Notes: a model not told the origin generated them from the letters alone. A stretch of DNA of 64,000 nt from Armatimonadota bacterium (GCA_025353925.1 JANXNV010000093.1:1786-65785), one strand, 5' to 3'. Counted from the stretch's first letter, positions 18,431-28,840 are shown. A program made the numbers and translations.

Positions 18431-20206
18431 ATGAACGATACCGCTCTCCAAGACCCGCTGTCGCTGATCCACCGTCTCTCCCGTCGGGCCGTGGAAGTCG
18501 ACGATGCCCAGGCACTGCTGGAAGAGATCAACCAGGCTGCCATGGAAGCCGTGGGTGCGGATCGGGCCTTTGTGGCCCTCGCCCATGATGCCACGGGAGA
18601 GCTGGCACTGGTGGCGACCGCTGGAATAGGCTGGGACGACGAGATTCGAGCCTTGCGCCTAAAGATCGACGACACGGGACGATCTGCAAGCGGCAAACAT
18701 ACTGGAGAGCGCCGCAGCGGCATTACTTCCCATGTGGCCTCGACCGGCCTGCCGTATATTACCGGCAATGTCGATGCGGACCCCTACTATTATGCCTTCT
18801 TCGATGATGTCTGCAGCGAGATTGCCGTTCCTCTGCTGGATGGAAATGGGCACACGCTGGGGGTCATCAACATTGAAAGTTTGCTGCCGAATCACTTTCA
18901 CGACTCCCATCTGTCTTTGATACAATCCCTCGCCAATATCGCCTCCCTGCGCCTGCTGATGGACGGCTACCGTGCCCGGGAAGCGGCTCTGGTGGAAATC
19001 GGCAAGGACTTATCGGCGATCGCCGACCCAGACCTGCTGATGCGCCGCGTGGTGGATGTCGCCGCCGCGCAGCTCCGCTTCGAGGACTGCTCCCTGTTTG
19101 TGCTGGACCGGGACCGGCAGCAGCTGATCCTTCAGGCCGCGCGGGGTGCGCTGGTCAGCCGGATCGGCAAGGCGGCCTATCCTCTGGGCGAGGGGCTGAC
19201 GGGGTGGGTGGCACAGCATGGGGAGCCGATCCGGATCGGCAGCCCACGCGATGACCCGCGCTGGAAAGGCCGCTTTGAGGAATTTCCGGCCACCGATGTC
19301 GGGGCATTTCTGGCCGTGCCGATCTTCGGGCGCAGCGGCATTCTGGGCGTTCTGCGCGTTCTGCGCCGCAAAAGCGTTGCTCCCTGGTTCCGCCGCGAGT
19401 TTACTGAAGACGATGAAAGTGTACTGCTGACTATCGCCTCGCAGCTTGGTACCGCGATCGAGAACAGCCGGATCTTGGACCGCCTGGTAAACACGGAGCG
19501 CATGGCGGCCTGGGGGGAGCTGTCCGCTAAAGCCGCCCACATGATCGGCAACCGGACATTCGCCATTAAAGGCGATTTGAACGAGCTGGAATACCGCCTG
19601 TCGGAGCCGGAGGACAGGCGTCCGGAGTTCCGCACGCTGGCGGAGGGCATTCGGCGCGGCATTTTTCGCCTGGAAGAGATTTTGCAGGAGTTCCGCGACT
19701 TCGTGCGGGCAACTCAGATCGCGCTGGCCGAGCAAAACCTTAATGACATCATCAAGCAGTGTGTCGAAGAAAGCTACCCGAAGCGCAGCCGCGTTGCGCT
19801 GACTCTGGAGCTTGCCCCCGATTTGCCGCCGGTTATGGCGGATGCCGCCCGGCTGAAGCGGGCCTTCTCGGAGCTGATCGAAAATTCCCTGTCGTTCCAG
19901 CCCGACGGCGGCTCGCTGCTCATTCGGACATCGCGCACCAAGTCCTCCCGCATCTCCACCCTGGCCCGCCTGCCGCGCGGGCGGGTCTACTTGCAGGCAG
20001 AATTTCTGGATGCTGGTCCAGGTATCCCCGAAGACATCAAGCCGCGCATCTTCACCCCCTTCTTCACCTCCCGCGCCCGTGGCCTGGGGCTGGGCTTGAG
20101 CATCGTCAAAGGGATTTTGGAGGCGCATCGGGGAACGATTGTAGAGGTCGGGTCTGACAACTCCGGAGCACACTTTATCGCTTTTCTGCCGGCGAAAGAA
20201 GATTAG
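18431..20206 (+). CDS. Cytoplasmic sensor histidine kinase with two GAF domains
   Basis: Two GAF-like regions, H-box region AAHMIGNRTFAIKGDL, and ATP-binding N/G boxes (ELIENSLSF; DAGPGIPEDIKPRIFTPFFT; GLGLGLSIVKGILEAHRG). There is no adjacent response regulator. Confidence 0.85.
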   Translation: MNDTALQDPLSLIHRLSRRAVEVDDAQALLEEINQAAMEAVGADRAFVALAHDATGELALVATAGIGWDDEIRALRLKIDDTGRSASGKHTGERRSGITSHVASTGLPYITGNVDADPYYYAFFDDVCSEIAVPLLDGNGHTLGVINIESLLPNHFHDSHLSLIQSLANIASLRLLMDGYRAREAALVEIGKDLSAIADPDLLMRRVVDVAAAQLRFEDCSLFVLDRDRQQLILQAARGALVSRIGKAAYPLGEGLTGWVAQHGEPIRIGSPRDDPRWKGRFEEFPATDVGAFLAVPIFGRSGILGVLRVLRRKSVAPWFRREFTEDDESVLLTIASQLGTAIENSRILDRLVNTERMAAWGELSAKAAHMIGNRTFAIKGDLNELEYRLSEPEDRRPEFRTLAEGIRRGIFRLEEILQEFRDFVRATQIALAEQNLNDIIKQCVEESYPKRSRVALTLELAPDLPPVMADAARLKRAFSELIENSLSFQPDGGSLLIRTSRTKSSRISTLARLPRGRVYLQAEFLDAGPGIPEDIKPRIFTPFFTSRARGLGLGLSIVKGILEAHRGTIVEVGSDNSGAHFIAFLPAKED

Positions 20207-20213
20207 GTCTCTC

Positions 20214-21170
20214 ATGTCCTTAGTATTCCCTTTTTCTTATCGGCGTCTTAAAAATAGAGCAGCTGTCGCACTTCTCTGTTTTCTGACTTGTCTCAGCCTT
20301 GTCGTGCTTGGGGCGAGTGCCCCAGTGTCAGCCGAAGACCGCGACATCGCTGCGTCCGGTGCGAAGCTGACCCTTCTCGTCGGCGGCTTCTCTTTTGCTG
20401 AAGGCCCGGCCTGTGACAGCCAGGGGAATGTCTTTTTTACCGACCAGCCGAATAACCGTATCTACGAGTGGAGCGCGGGCGGGAAGCTTTCGACGTTTTT
20501 AGAGCCAAATGGCCGCTCGAATGGCCTCTGCTTCGACACGCATGGCGATTTATGGGCCTGTGCGGACGAGAAAAACGAACTCTGGCGTATCAGTCCGTCC
20601 GGGAGGCATACGGTCGTCGCCGCAGGCTATAGCGGCAAGCTGCTCAATGGCCCCAATGATATCTGGATCCGGCCCGACGGCGGGCTGTACCTCACCGACC
20701 CTTTCTACCAGCGCGATTACTGGAAACGCGGGCCGATGGAACAGAATTCACAGGGCGTCTTTTACCTGCCTCCGGGCGGCCATACCTTGACTCGCGTCGA
20801 TGCCAACTATAAGCAGTCCAACGGCATCATCGGGACACCGGACGGGAAAACGCTTTATGTGTCGGACATTGGTGAGGGAAAGACTTACGCTTATGACATT
20901 GCCGAAGACGGCGGCCTGAAAAACAAACGTCTCCTCTGCGGAATGGGATCCGACGGCATGACTATCGACAGCGAGGGGAATATCTATCTCACGGGGCATG
21001 GCGTCACCGTGTTCAGCAAATCGGGGAAACAGATTTTGCAAATTCCCATCGCGGAAAACTGGACCGGCAACATCTGTTTTGGCGGAGCCGACCGGCACAC
21101 GCTGTTTATCACAGCCAGCAAAGGCTTGTATGCGCTGGAAATGCGTGTTCACGGCGTCGGCAGTCAGTGA
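20214..21170 (+). CDS. SMP-30/gluconolactonase/LRE-family beta-propeller protein (secreted)
   Basis: FAEGPACDSQGNVFFTDQPNNRIYEW, NGLCFD, PNDIWI and SNGI are repeat signatures of the family. Signal peptide is present. Confidence 0.8.
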   Translation: MSLVFPFSYRRLKNRAAVALLCFLTCLSLVVLGASAPVSAEDRDIAASGAKLTLLVGGFSFAEGPACDSQGNVFFTDQPNNRIYEWSAGGKLSTFLEPNGRSNGLCFDTHGDLWACADEKNELWRISPSGRHTVVAAGYSGKLLNGPNDIWIRPDGGLYLTDPFYQRDYWKRGPMEQNSQGVFYLPPGGHTLTRVDANYKQSNGIIGTPDGKTLYVSDIGEGKTYAYDIAEDGGLKNKRLLCGMGSDGMTIDSEGNIYLTGHGVTVFSKSGKQILQIPIAENWTGNICFGGADRHTLFITASKGLYALEMRVHGVGSQ

Positions 21171-21178
21171 AGTGGTTT

Positions 21179-22113
<935 letters not shown>

Positions 22114-22117
<4 letters not shown>

Positions 22118-24090
22118 ACGGTCTCCTTCTTGGTACTTGTTTCCAAATGATGCAGTGCGGTGTCCAGCCGAGCAATTTCCGAGTGGCTGGGCAGGGGGCC
22201 GAATCGCACCTCGCTGTAGTCACTGACAAATGCCTTCAGCGGCACGCGCCGCGCCTCGATAAACTCCTCGGTCAGCCGCAGATGCTCATCCCAGGTACGC
22301 CCTTCCGGGCAGGGCTGACCGAGACGCGACAGCAGTCGCTCGAAACGCAAAGCGAGTGCCGCCAGTGCCGCTTCGGGCTGCGAATACCGAAACCCGAGAT
22401 GTCTCTGCCGCCGCGTCAGCCAGTACCGATAGATCTGGGGGATTAAAAGCCCCAGGACCAGCAGAGAAAACACGGCTGCCTTCTGGGTCCAATCGGAAGT
22501 CGTGACCCAGCGGCGCACGGTGCCAAGTAGGTCCTGCAGCCGCTCCCAGACACGCCACCAGGGGGGAATCGCCCCGGCCAGCGCATCTGGGCGGCCATTC
22601 CCGGGGGTCGCATCCACCGTAACCCAGCCGGTACCGTCTATCCACGCTTCGGCCCAGGCATGGGCGTCTCGCTGGCGAACCAAAGTCGTGCCCTTTCCCT
22701 CCGACTCATGGGCGTAGTAGCCGCTGGCATAGCGGGTCGGGACATTCAAAGCCCGCAGCAGGATCACGGCTGCCGACGCAAAGTATTCACAATGGGCGTT
22801 TTTATGCTCCAGAATAAAGTTCGAGATCGGGTCTCCGCGCCCTGGGTCGGTAGTCAGACTGTACTGGTTGTTGCCGTGCAGGAACCGCACGACCGCCTCA
22901 ACCTTTTCCGCATCCGTGGTCGAACCCGATCCGATCTCTTTAGCTTTGCTCACCACGCGCGTGTCAATATCGCGTGGGATCACCAGGTCTCGGGCGCGTT
23001 CGTCGGCAGACGGTGCGGCATCAATCACTCCATGCGGGCTGCTGCCCTTGCCGAGGGTGATATGGTAAACCAGCGGGTCGGCATCAGCCGGCGGCGTACG
23101 GAGCGGGCCGTCTGTCCGAGCCGCCCATTCCAGGAAATGGCTGCCGGCTGCCTGAACTCCGCCGCAATGCAGCGGGGCGAACAGCAGACCGTTTGAGTCG
23201 TCCAGCCGGTCCACGGTAATCGTGGAAACGATGGCTGCCGGATGAGTGGGCTTTTCCCGATACGGCCCGAAAGTGCGCTGGTCCAGCCCCGGCCCCCAGG
23301 CCCGTTCGGAGTAGCTTTCGAAGACCATGCCGCGCAGGTAAGGATCGTCGCCGAGATAATGAACGCGCAGCACCCGGGTCAGCGAATCGCGCAGGGTAAA
23401 CGACGATCCCAGCAGCGGCCGCCCGCTCATGCCGATGCTGGCAGTGGTGTGCTGCCCCGAAAGAAGCTTGGACCCGAGTGCGTTTAAATCGCCCCGGTAG
23501 ACGTAGACTCCGGCGTGTCCTATCCCGCCTAGAAGCAACGCAATCAGTGCGGGGACGAGCATCAGGCGCAGAGGGATCGTCGTGTGCCGAAAGCTGGGCA
23601 GGGCCAGGGTCAAGCACAGGAAGTAGGCGGGTGCCAGGTACCAGAGGTAGTGGTAGGTATCGTCGAATGTCGTACATCCGGCCAGAAACACCAGCGCGGA
23701 GAGCAGCACGATCAGCGGCGCACGCGCCCCGCCGGTCGGCTCACGCCGCCAGAACTGCAGCACGATCTCCCCAGCGGCAGCCAGGGCGAACGAGTAGCCG
23801 TAGCGCATATCCAGAAAGGCATTGTCGTCTTTTGTGGCCGTGACCCAGAAGCTGAAGATCAGGCTGCCGATGACCACGATCCGCAGGGTCCATTTAGTCA
23901 GCCCAAGATTTTCGTAGCGGGCCGAGAACGCATACGAAGCCAGCAGGCCGATACTCAGGAGTGCCAAAGATAGGTACGCCCCGCAGCTCAAGGCCAGTGC
24001 TGCGAATGCCAGCAGCGAGGCGACCGCGGCGGTCACGGACGGGCGTATAATTCTGACAGATTCCAATCTAAATTGCCTCCACACCGGCAT
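22114..24090 (-). CDS. Transglutaminase-like domain membrane protein (DUF3488/TgpA-like architecture)
   Basis: Multi-TM N-terminal half. The transglutaminase core has catalytic Cys/His/Asp contexts HCEYFASAAVILLR, DAHAWAE and VTVDATPG. There is a C-terminal TM. Confidence 0.85.
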
Positions 24091-25441
24091 CCACCTGAGC
24101 CGATGTCAGTACCGTAATGTCCGCAATTCCCCGCTCAGCGACCGGCGGCAGCGTGCAGGGCCGATCCCGCACGATGATCACTTTGACACCCGCGCCCTGC
24201 TCGCGCAGCCGCTCCACGAAGTCCCGGCGGGTGGAGTCCCAGTCGAGGAAGAGGCAGACCACCATGGCGATCTGCCCGAGATGCTCCATCAGCTCCACCT
24301 CTAAATCGTCGAATGCCTCCCGGTTACTAGTATCCACGCAGGCCAGCAGGTCCAAAATCTCATCCAAATAGGCCAGGCTCCGGCCCGCCGTGAGCTGATG
24401 AAGCTCCGGCCCGGCGGCGAACAGATCCACCAGGTACTCCGAGCGGGCCATGTAGTCGCTGACCGCCGCACAGACCGAAACCGCCCGCTCGAAGGCTGGG
24501 GGGACGGGGTAGCCTGGCGGCACGGGAACGTAGGTATCCAGAATGACCGCCGCCCGCAGGAAATACTCCTCGCGGAATTCGCGCACCACCGGGCGGCTCA
24601 AACGAGCCGTCGCCCGCCAGTCGATGCTGCGGATGGGGTCACCGTCGCGGTATTCCCGGTTGCCGATAAACTCGAACGAATCCCCCAGATATGATGCCAG
24701 CGCGACCCCTCCCGGCTGATACCGCCGCCCGAGCGGCGCATCTAGCCGGGCCAGCGGCGTGAAGTGCGGGTAGACCAGCAGCGGCCGGTCCTCGGAAAAG
24801 ACCCGCTGAGCGACCATCAGCCCCAGCGGGAACGCTGTCTCCACCCGGAACCCGCGCAGGCGGTAGGCTCCCCGCCGACGGCACAAGAGCCCCAGCCGCG
24901 CATGGCCCATCTCCCCAGCCTCCAAAACCGGCAGGCCGACCCCTTCCTCCGGCACGGCATCCACCCAGGGCGGCAGCCGGTCCGGCAGCACCGAAAGGCC
25001 GACCGCGCGGCGGCGCAGGGCGGTCACCTCGATCTCCACCGGAAGAGTCTCTCCGGCACTGACCCGGGCTGCATGGGTCGCCTTGAGCGCGATTGCAGGC
25101 CGCCCGGCCCACATGGCGATCAGTGCTGTCACCCACAGCCCGCAGGCATAGGTGAACGGCACATACCACTGCTGATCCAGAGACAGCGACCCGAACGCGC
25201 TAAAAAACAGTGTCGCGACCAGAAAGTAGTGGCCCGCCCGCGTAAACCGCTCCGTGTAGACTCGCCAGACCCAGGGGAAAAGCAGTCCGCGAAATACCGG
25301 GTGGTAACTGATGTCTTTGGTGCGCGTGAACTGCTTCAGCGGCGGCAGCCAGCTATTGAGTGCTAGGGGTGGGCCTTTGCGAAAGTTGTCTAACGATAGT
25401 TGTTTGGGCAATCGGGTCGGCATCGGGTATCCTGTATACAA
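24068..25441 (-). CDS. DUF58 (vWA-like) domain protein
   Basis: The hallmark IGNREYRDGDPIRSIDWRATARLSRPVVREFREE is present. The start is uncertain (TTG 25441 or ATG 25423). It is the first gene of a DUF58-TGase-MoxR operon with overlapping junctions. Confidence 0.8.
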   Translation of the reverse strand: MYTGYPMPTRLPKQLSLDNFRKGPPLALNSWLPPLKQFTRTKDISYHPVFRGLLFPWVWRVYTERFTRAGHYFLVATLFFSAFGSLSLDQQWYVPFTYACGLWVTALIAMWAGRPAIALKATHAARVSAGETLPVEIEVTALRRRAVGLSVLPDRLPPWVDAVPEEGVGLPVLEAGEMGHARLGLLCRRRGAYRLRGFRVETAFPLGLMVAQRVFSEDRPLLVYPHFTPLARLDAPLGRRYQPGGVALASYLGDSFEFIGNREYRDGDPIRSIDWRATARLSRPVVREFREEYFLRAAVILDTYVPVPPGYPVPPAFERAVSVCAAVSDYMARSEYLVDLFAAGPELHQLTAGRSLAYLDEILDLLACVDTSNREAFDDLEVELMEHLGQIAMVVCLFLDWDSTRRDFVERLREQGAGVKVIIVRDRPCTLPPVAERGIADITVLTSAQVDAGVEAI

Positions 25442-25479
25442 GTCAGTTCAACATTAGTATAACAAGAAAGAGAAGTAAA

Positions 25480-25941
25480 ATGGTTCGCGTCCTGTTTGTT
25501 TGTCTGGGAAATATCTGCCGCTCGCCGATGGCCGAAGCGGTGTTCATGCATAAAGTGCGCGAAGCGGGGCTGGAAGGGGAGATCGGGGCCGACTCAGCGG
25601 GGACGGGCGACTGGCACCTCGGCAGCCTGCCACACCCCGGCACGATGCGCCTGCTGTCGGACAACGCCATTGAGTATGAGCACCGGGGCCGCCGGATCAC
25701 CCGCGCCGACTTGGACGAGTTCGACTACGTTCTCGCGATGGACAACGCCAACCTGCGCGGTATTCAGTCACTGGGTAAGGGGAAAGCCGTCGTGCGCCGC
25801 TTTCTGGAATACTCCTCCAACACGAGCGTGCTGGAAGTCCCCGACCCCTACCTGACCGGCGGCTTCGAGGGAGTGTATACACTCATCGACGCTGCGGCGG
25901 ACGGTTTGCTGGCGGAGATTCGAGTGGGGCATGGGCTGTAG
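25480..25941 (+). CDS. Low-molecular-weight protein tyrosine phosphatase
   Basis: ATG at 25480 inside track ORF 25360..25941. The P-loop is VLFVCLGNICRSPMAEAVF (CX5R-S) and the DP motif is EVPDPY. Confidence 0.9.
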   Translation: MVRVLFVCLGNICRSPMAEAVFMHKVREAGLEGEIGADSAGTGDWHLGSLPHPGTMRLLSDNAIEYEHRGRRITRADLDEFDYVLAMDNANLRGIQSLGKGKAVVRRFLEYSSNTSVLEVPDPYLTGGFEGVYTLIDAAADGLLAEIRVGHGL

Positions 25942-25953
25942 CTGGTGAGGAGG

Positions 25954-26093
25954 ACCCGGCATTAAAATGCCGGTCTACCCGGAGAAAGTCACTCCGTGAC
26001 TGGGAGAAGACTTTTGGTTGACGCGGGTCTTGAGTTGTAATCTTTAGTGTCGGAGACACTTTCTCCGAGTAGACCGGCATTTTAATGCCGGTT
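25954..26093. repeat. Inverted pair of family-B palindromic repeats between convergent genes
   Basis: 25954-26004 (acccggcattaaaatgccggtctacccggagaaagtcactccgtgactggg) and 26045-26093 (tagtgtcggagacactttctccgagtagaccggcattttaatgccggtt) are in inverted orientation. Both are homologous to 7025-7075. Confidence 0.85.
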
Positions 26094-26126
26094 GCTTAAT
26101 GCTGGTGTCCGACTGCGCTTTTGCTC

Positions 26127-26215
26127 TCGACCCAACACCCGGCTTCGATCCAACACCCGGCTTCGATCCAACACCCGGCTTCGATCCAACACCCGGCTTC
26201 GATCCAACACCCGCT
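26127..26215. repeat. Perfect 18-bp tandem repeat, about 4.6 copies (ccaacacccggcttcgat)
   Basis: Units start at 26132, 26150, 26168 and 26186 (identical), with a partial fifth from 26204. It lies 38 nt downstream of the ATP-grasp stop. Confidence 0.95.
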
Positions 26216-26252
26216 GCTTGTACCGACATACATCTCTGGCGGTTGCCCAGCC

Positions 26253-27749
26253 TTAGCTCTGCCCCTGCGTCAGCCCGCCCATTGTCTGCCCCTGCATCTG
26301 CCCCGTCGCCCGCGCCAGCACCCACGTGTCTTTCGAGCCGCCGCCCTGAGAAGAATTCACCACATACGATCCCTTCCGCAATGCCACGCGCGTCAGGCCG
26401 CCGGGAATGATCGTGATATCCTCGCCCATCAATATATATGGGCGCAGGTCAATGTGGCGGCCCTCAAAGCCATCTACATCGGCGACGAACGCCGGGGCGC
26501 GGGAGATCTGGACGAGAGGCTGGGCGACAAAATTGCGCGGGTCGGCTTTGATCTGGGCGGCGAAGCTGTCCTGCTCGGCTTTCGTGGACTGCGGCCCCAT
26601 CAGCATGCCGTAGCCGCCGGCTTCGTTGGCACTCTTGACCACCAGCTTGTCGAGGTTCTTCAGGATGTGGTCGCGCTGAACGGCGTCGCTGGAGAGGAAC
26701 GTCGGGACATTCGGCAGCAGGGCCTCTTCATCGAGATAATACTTGATAATGGCCGGGACGTAGGCGTAGATGACTTTGTCATCCGCGATGCCCGTGCCGA
26801 CAGCATTCGCCAGAGCGACATTGCCGGCCCGGTAGGCATTGATCAGGCCGGGAATCCCCAAAGTGGAGTCGGGCCGGAAGGTCAGCGGGTCCAGAAAGTC
26901 GTCGTCGATGCGCCGGTAAATGACATCGACCCGCTGCGGGCCGCGAGTCGTCTTCATCCAGACGATATTGTTTTCCACATACAAATCGCGGCCCTGGACC
27001 AGATCGATTCCCATCTGCTGGGCAATGAACGCATGCTCAAAGTACGCCGAGTTGAACTCGCCGGGGGTCAGCAGCACCACGGTCGGGTCGTCGTTCTGGC
27101 GGGGGGAAGCGTAGCGCAGATTGGTCAAAAGCTGGGAGCAGTAATGGTCCACGGCCAGCACCCGGTTCTCCCGGAAGAGGCCGGGGAAGATGCGGGTCAT
27201 CAGCATGCGGTTTTGCAGCAGGTAGGAGACGCCCGATGGCGAGCGCAGGTTGTCTTCGAGGATGTAGTAGTCGCCCTTGTCATCGCGCACCAGGTCCGTG
27301 CCGCAGATATGGACGTAGACGTCTTTGGGGACTTTCGCCCCGAGAAACTCGCGCCGGAAATGCTTGGCATTGACTACCAGCTCGCGCGGGACTACCCCAT
27401 CATTCAAAATCTTCTGGTCGTGATAGATGTCTTTCAGGAAGAGGTTCAAGGCCCGAAGCCGCTGCACCAATCCACGCTCGATCTTTTCCCATTCCCGGTG
27501 CGTGATGATGCGCGGCACGAGGTCCACGGGCATGGTCTTCTCGAGGCCCTGGTCATCGCCGTAGACGGTAAAAGTCACGCCCTGATTAAGCATGCTCATT
27601 TCCGCCATCTGGGCACGCTGCAGGAAATCGCGGGCACTGAGGGATTCGAGCGTGGCATGCAGACTGCGGTAATGCGGGCGGGGAACACCCGCCGACTCAA
27701 ACATCTCGTCGTAAAAACCGTCCAGGGTATAGTGGTCGAAGAGGGACAT
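26253..27749 (-). CDS. Circularly permuted type-2 ATP-grasp family protein
   Basis: N-terminus [30 protein letters not shown] and C-terminus [13 protein letters not shown] fit my recollection of this family. The preferred start is 27749; an alternative ATG is at 27779. Confidence 0.75.
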   Translation of the reverse strand: MSLFDHYTLDGFYDEMFESAGVPRPHYRSLHATLESLSARDFLQRAQMAEMSMLNQGVTFTVYGDDQGLEKTMPVDLVPRIITHREWEKIERGLVQRLRALNLFLKDIYHDQKILNDGVVPRELVVNAKHFRREFLGAKVPKDVYVHICGTDLVRDDKGDYYILEDNLRSPSGVSYLLQNRMLMTRIFPGLFRENRVLAVDHYCSQLLTNLRYASPRQNDDPTVVLLTPGEFNSAYFEHAFIAQQMGIDLVQGRDLYVENNIVWMKTTRGPQRVDVIYRRIDDDFLDPLTFRPDSTLGIPGLINAYRAGNVALANAVGTGIADDKVIYAYVPAIIKYYLDEEALLPNVPTFLSSDAVQRDHILKNLDKLVVKSANEAGGYGMLMGPQSTKAEQDSFAAQIKADPRNFVAQPLVQISRAPAFVADVDGFEGRHIDLRPYILMGEDITIIPGGLTRVALRKGSYVVNSSQGGGSKDTWVLARATGQMQGQTMGGLTQGQS

Positions 27750-27820
27750 AAAACGCGGCGCACTCCTTATGTGTAACATTAGGGATGAAACAAGAAGCCG
27801 CGCCGTTGCGGAGAGGTTTC

Positions 27821-27849
27821 ATTATACCGGGCGATGCTTAGGGTGTCAA
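27821..27849 (-). promoter_or_regulatory. Consensus sigma70-type promoter for the ATP-grasp gene
   Basis: The minus strand reads TTGACA (27849-27844), an exactly 17-nt spacer, then TATAAT (27826-27821). It is 40-70 nt upstream of the candidate start codons. Confidence 0.6.
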
Positions 27850-27941
27850 GCGTGCGGCTGACTTGTCGCGGCGGATCGGCTGTCATGGTATTTGCTGTAA
27901 ATATCATGATGACACGAAATCGGAAAGAAAGAACTAAAGTC

Positions 27942-28265
27942 ATGCTCGACACCCACCAAATTTATTCGCTCAGCGACTTCGTGCGAAACCCGAAGCTGCA
28001 TGTCGCCCGCCTGAAAGAGACCCGCACGCCCGAGGTGCTGACCGTCAATGGCCGCGCCGAAGTCGTGCTGCTGGATACGGAGACCTATGAAGAGCTTGTG
28101 GCACGACTCAGCTTCGTGGAACCCGCTGCCGCCGTCCGCGCCATTGTCCGGACGGCCGAAAGTGCCGGACCACGCGAAGAAGTCTCGGAGGCCGAAATGG
28201 AGCGCAGCAATGCCGTGATGCAAGAACTTGTCGAAGAGACGGAACGGCTTGGGTTGTATAAATGA
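27942..28265 (+). CDS. Phd/YefM-family antitoxin (no adjacent toxin gene)
   Basis: MLDTHQIYSLSDFVRNPKLHVARLKETRTPEVLTVNGRAEVVLLDTETYEELV is a typical Phd/YefM N-terminal domain. ATG at 27942 lies inside track ORF 27834..28265. Confidence 0.75.
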   Translation: MLDTHQIYSLSDFVRNPKLHVARLKETRTPEVLTVNGRAEVVLLDTETYEELVARLSFVEPAAAVRAIVRTAESAGPREEVSEAEMERSNAVMQELVEETERLGLYK

Positions 28266-28310
28266 TTGATATTAGGCGCAAGGTTTAGCGGATTGGTTCA
28301 GGAGCAGTAA

Positions 28311-28470
28311 TGGAGTGGAACTCCTTCGCTATGTGGCGCAGACGCCAGTGCTCTACTGTGTGGAGTGGAGAACAGCGCAGAAAAGCACCAGAGTAGCTAG
28401 CACCTGGTTTTTTATGCCCGCGCAGGCGGTCAACTGGCGTCTGCGCCACACAGCGAAGGACTTTAGTCCA
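28311..28470. repeat. Family-A composite palindromic repeat (divergent copy)
   Basis: Left arm gtggaactccttcgctatgtggcgcagacgccag and right arm ctggcgtctgcgccacacagcgaaggactttagtcca are inverted. The core hairpin is GGCGCAGACGCC, as in the copies at 42508, 43143, 59215 and 62145. Confidence 0.8.
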
Positions 28471-28813
28471 TCGTTCCTAAAAACCTGCGTAACACCAGCA
28501 AATAACAATCGCCATTGGATAAACAGTCTCTAAAACACTAAAGTAGAATGGGACTTGCCGCTCCCTTACTTGAATACACAAGTTGATCAATCAGTACAAA
28601 GTACTCATCAATCCATTTTTCGCTGAACTGATCCGTTTCAATCAGCCGCTGTGCCGCCTCATTTTTCGGTACGACAATGCTTCGCCTGACGATTTCTGAT
28701 AGCTGCATTCGGCCTCCACGCTTTCAGGGCAATTCGCACTTCCTCTCTTATCACGGCCTGGCCCGCCTGTCAATAAATTGGAACCACCATGGATTACTTC
28801 GTCCGCGCAAGCA

Positions 28814-28840
28814 GAGGGCGCAGCAAGCAGCGCCCCTACA
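28814..28840. repeat. Family-D short REP (hairpin plus CTAC/GTAG tetranucleotide)
   Basis: gagggcgcagcaagcagcgcccctaca has stem GGGCGC/GCGCCC. Near-identical copies are at 37702-37728 and, in reverse orientation, 49198-49223. Confidence 0.75.

Noticed and set aside
19010-20215. 401-aa minus-strand ORF opposite the GAF histidine kinase
   Set aside because: It is antisense to a gene with complete H-box/N/G-box motifs, and its composition is typical of high-GC shadow ORFs.
26127-26215. Possible CRISPR array (also considered for 43281-43355)
   Set aside because: The units are directly tandem with no spacers, are only 15-18 nt long, and no cas genes are present in the window.
26121-27776. 551-aa plus-strand ORF opposite the ATP-grasp gene (and 26099..26410, 26044..26325, which translate the 18-bp repeat)
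   Set aside because: It is a shadow ORF of a well-supported minus-strand gene. The repeat-spanning ORFs lack an RBS and overlap the ATP-grasp 3' end. The repeat-peptide (RiPP-like) idea is kept only as a low-probability note in the findings.
28315-28533. 72-aa ORF 28315..28533, with similar ORFs 42402..42620, 43057..43410, 59277..59474, 62108..62374
   Set aside because: Each is essentially the translation of a palindromic family-A repeat element. There is no RBS, and the ORFs are mirrored on both strands.
28538-28708. 56-codon minus-strand ORF with a GGAGG RBS
   Set aside because: No motif was recognised. It is isolated in a decaying intergenic region, is too short to support as a gene, and is mentioned only in the orphan-antitoxin finding.
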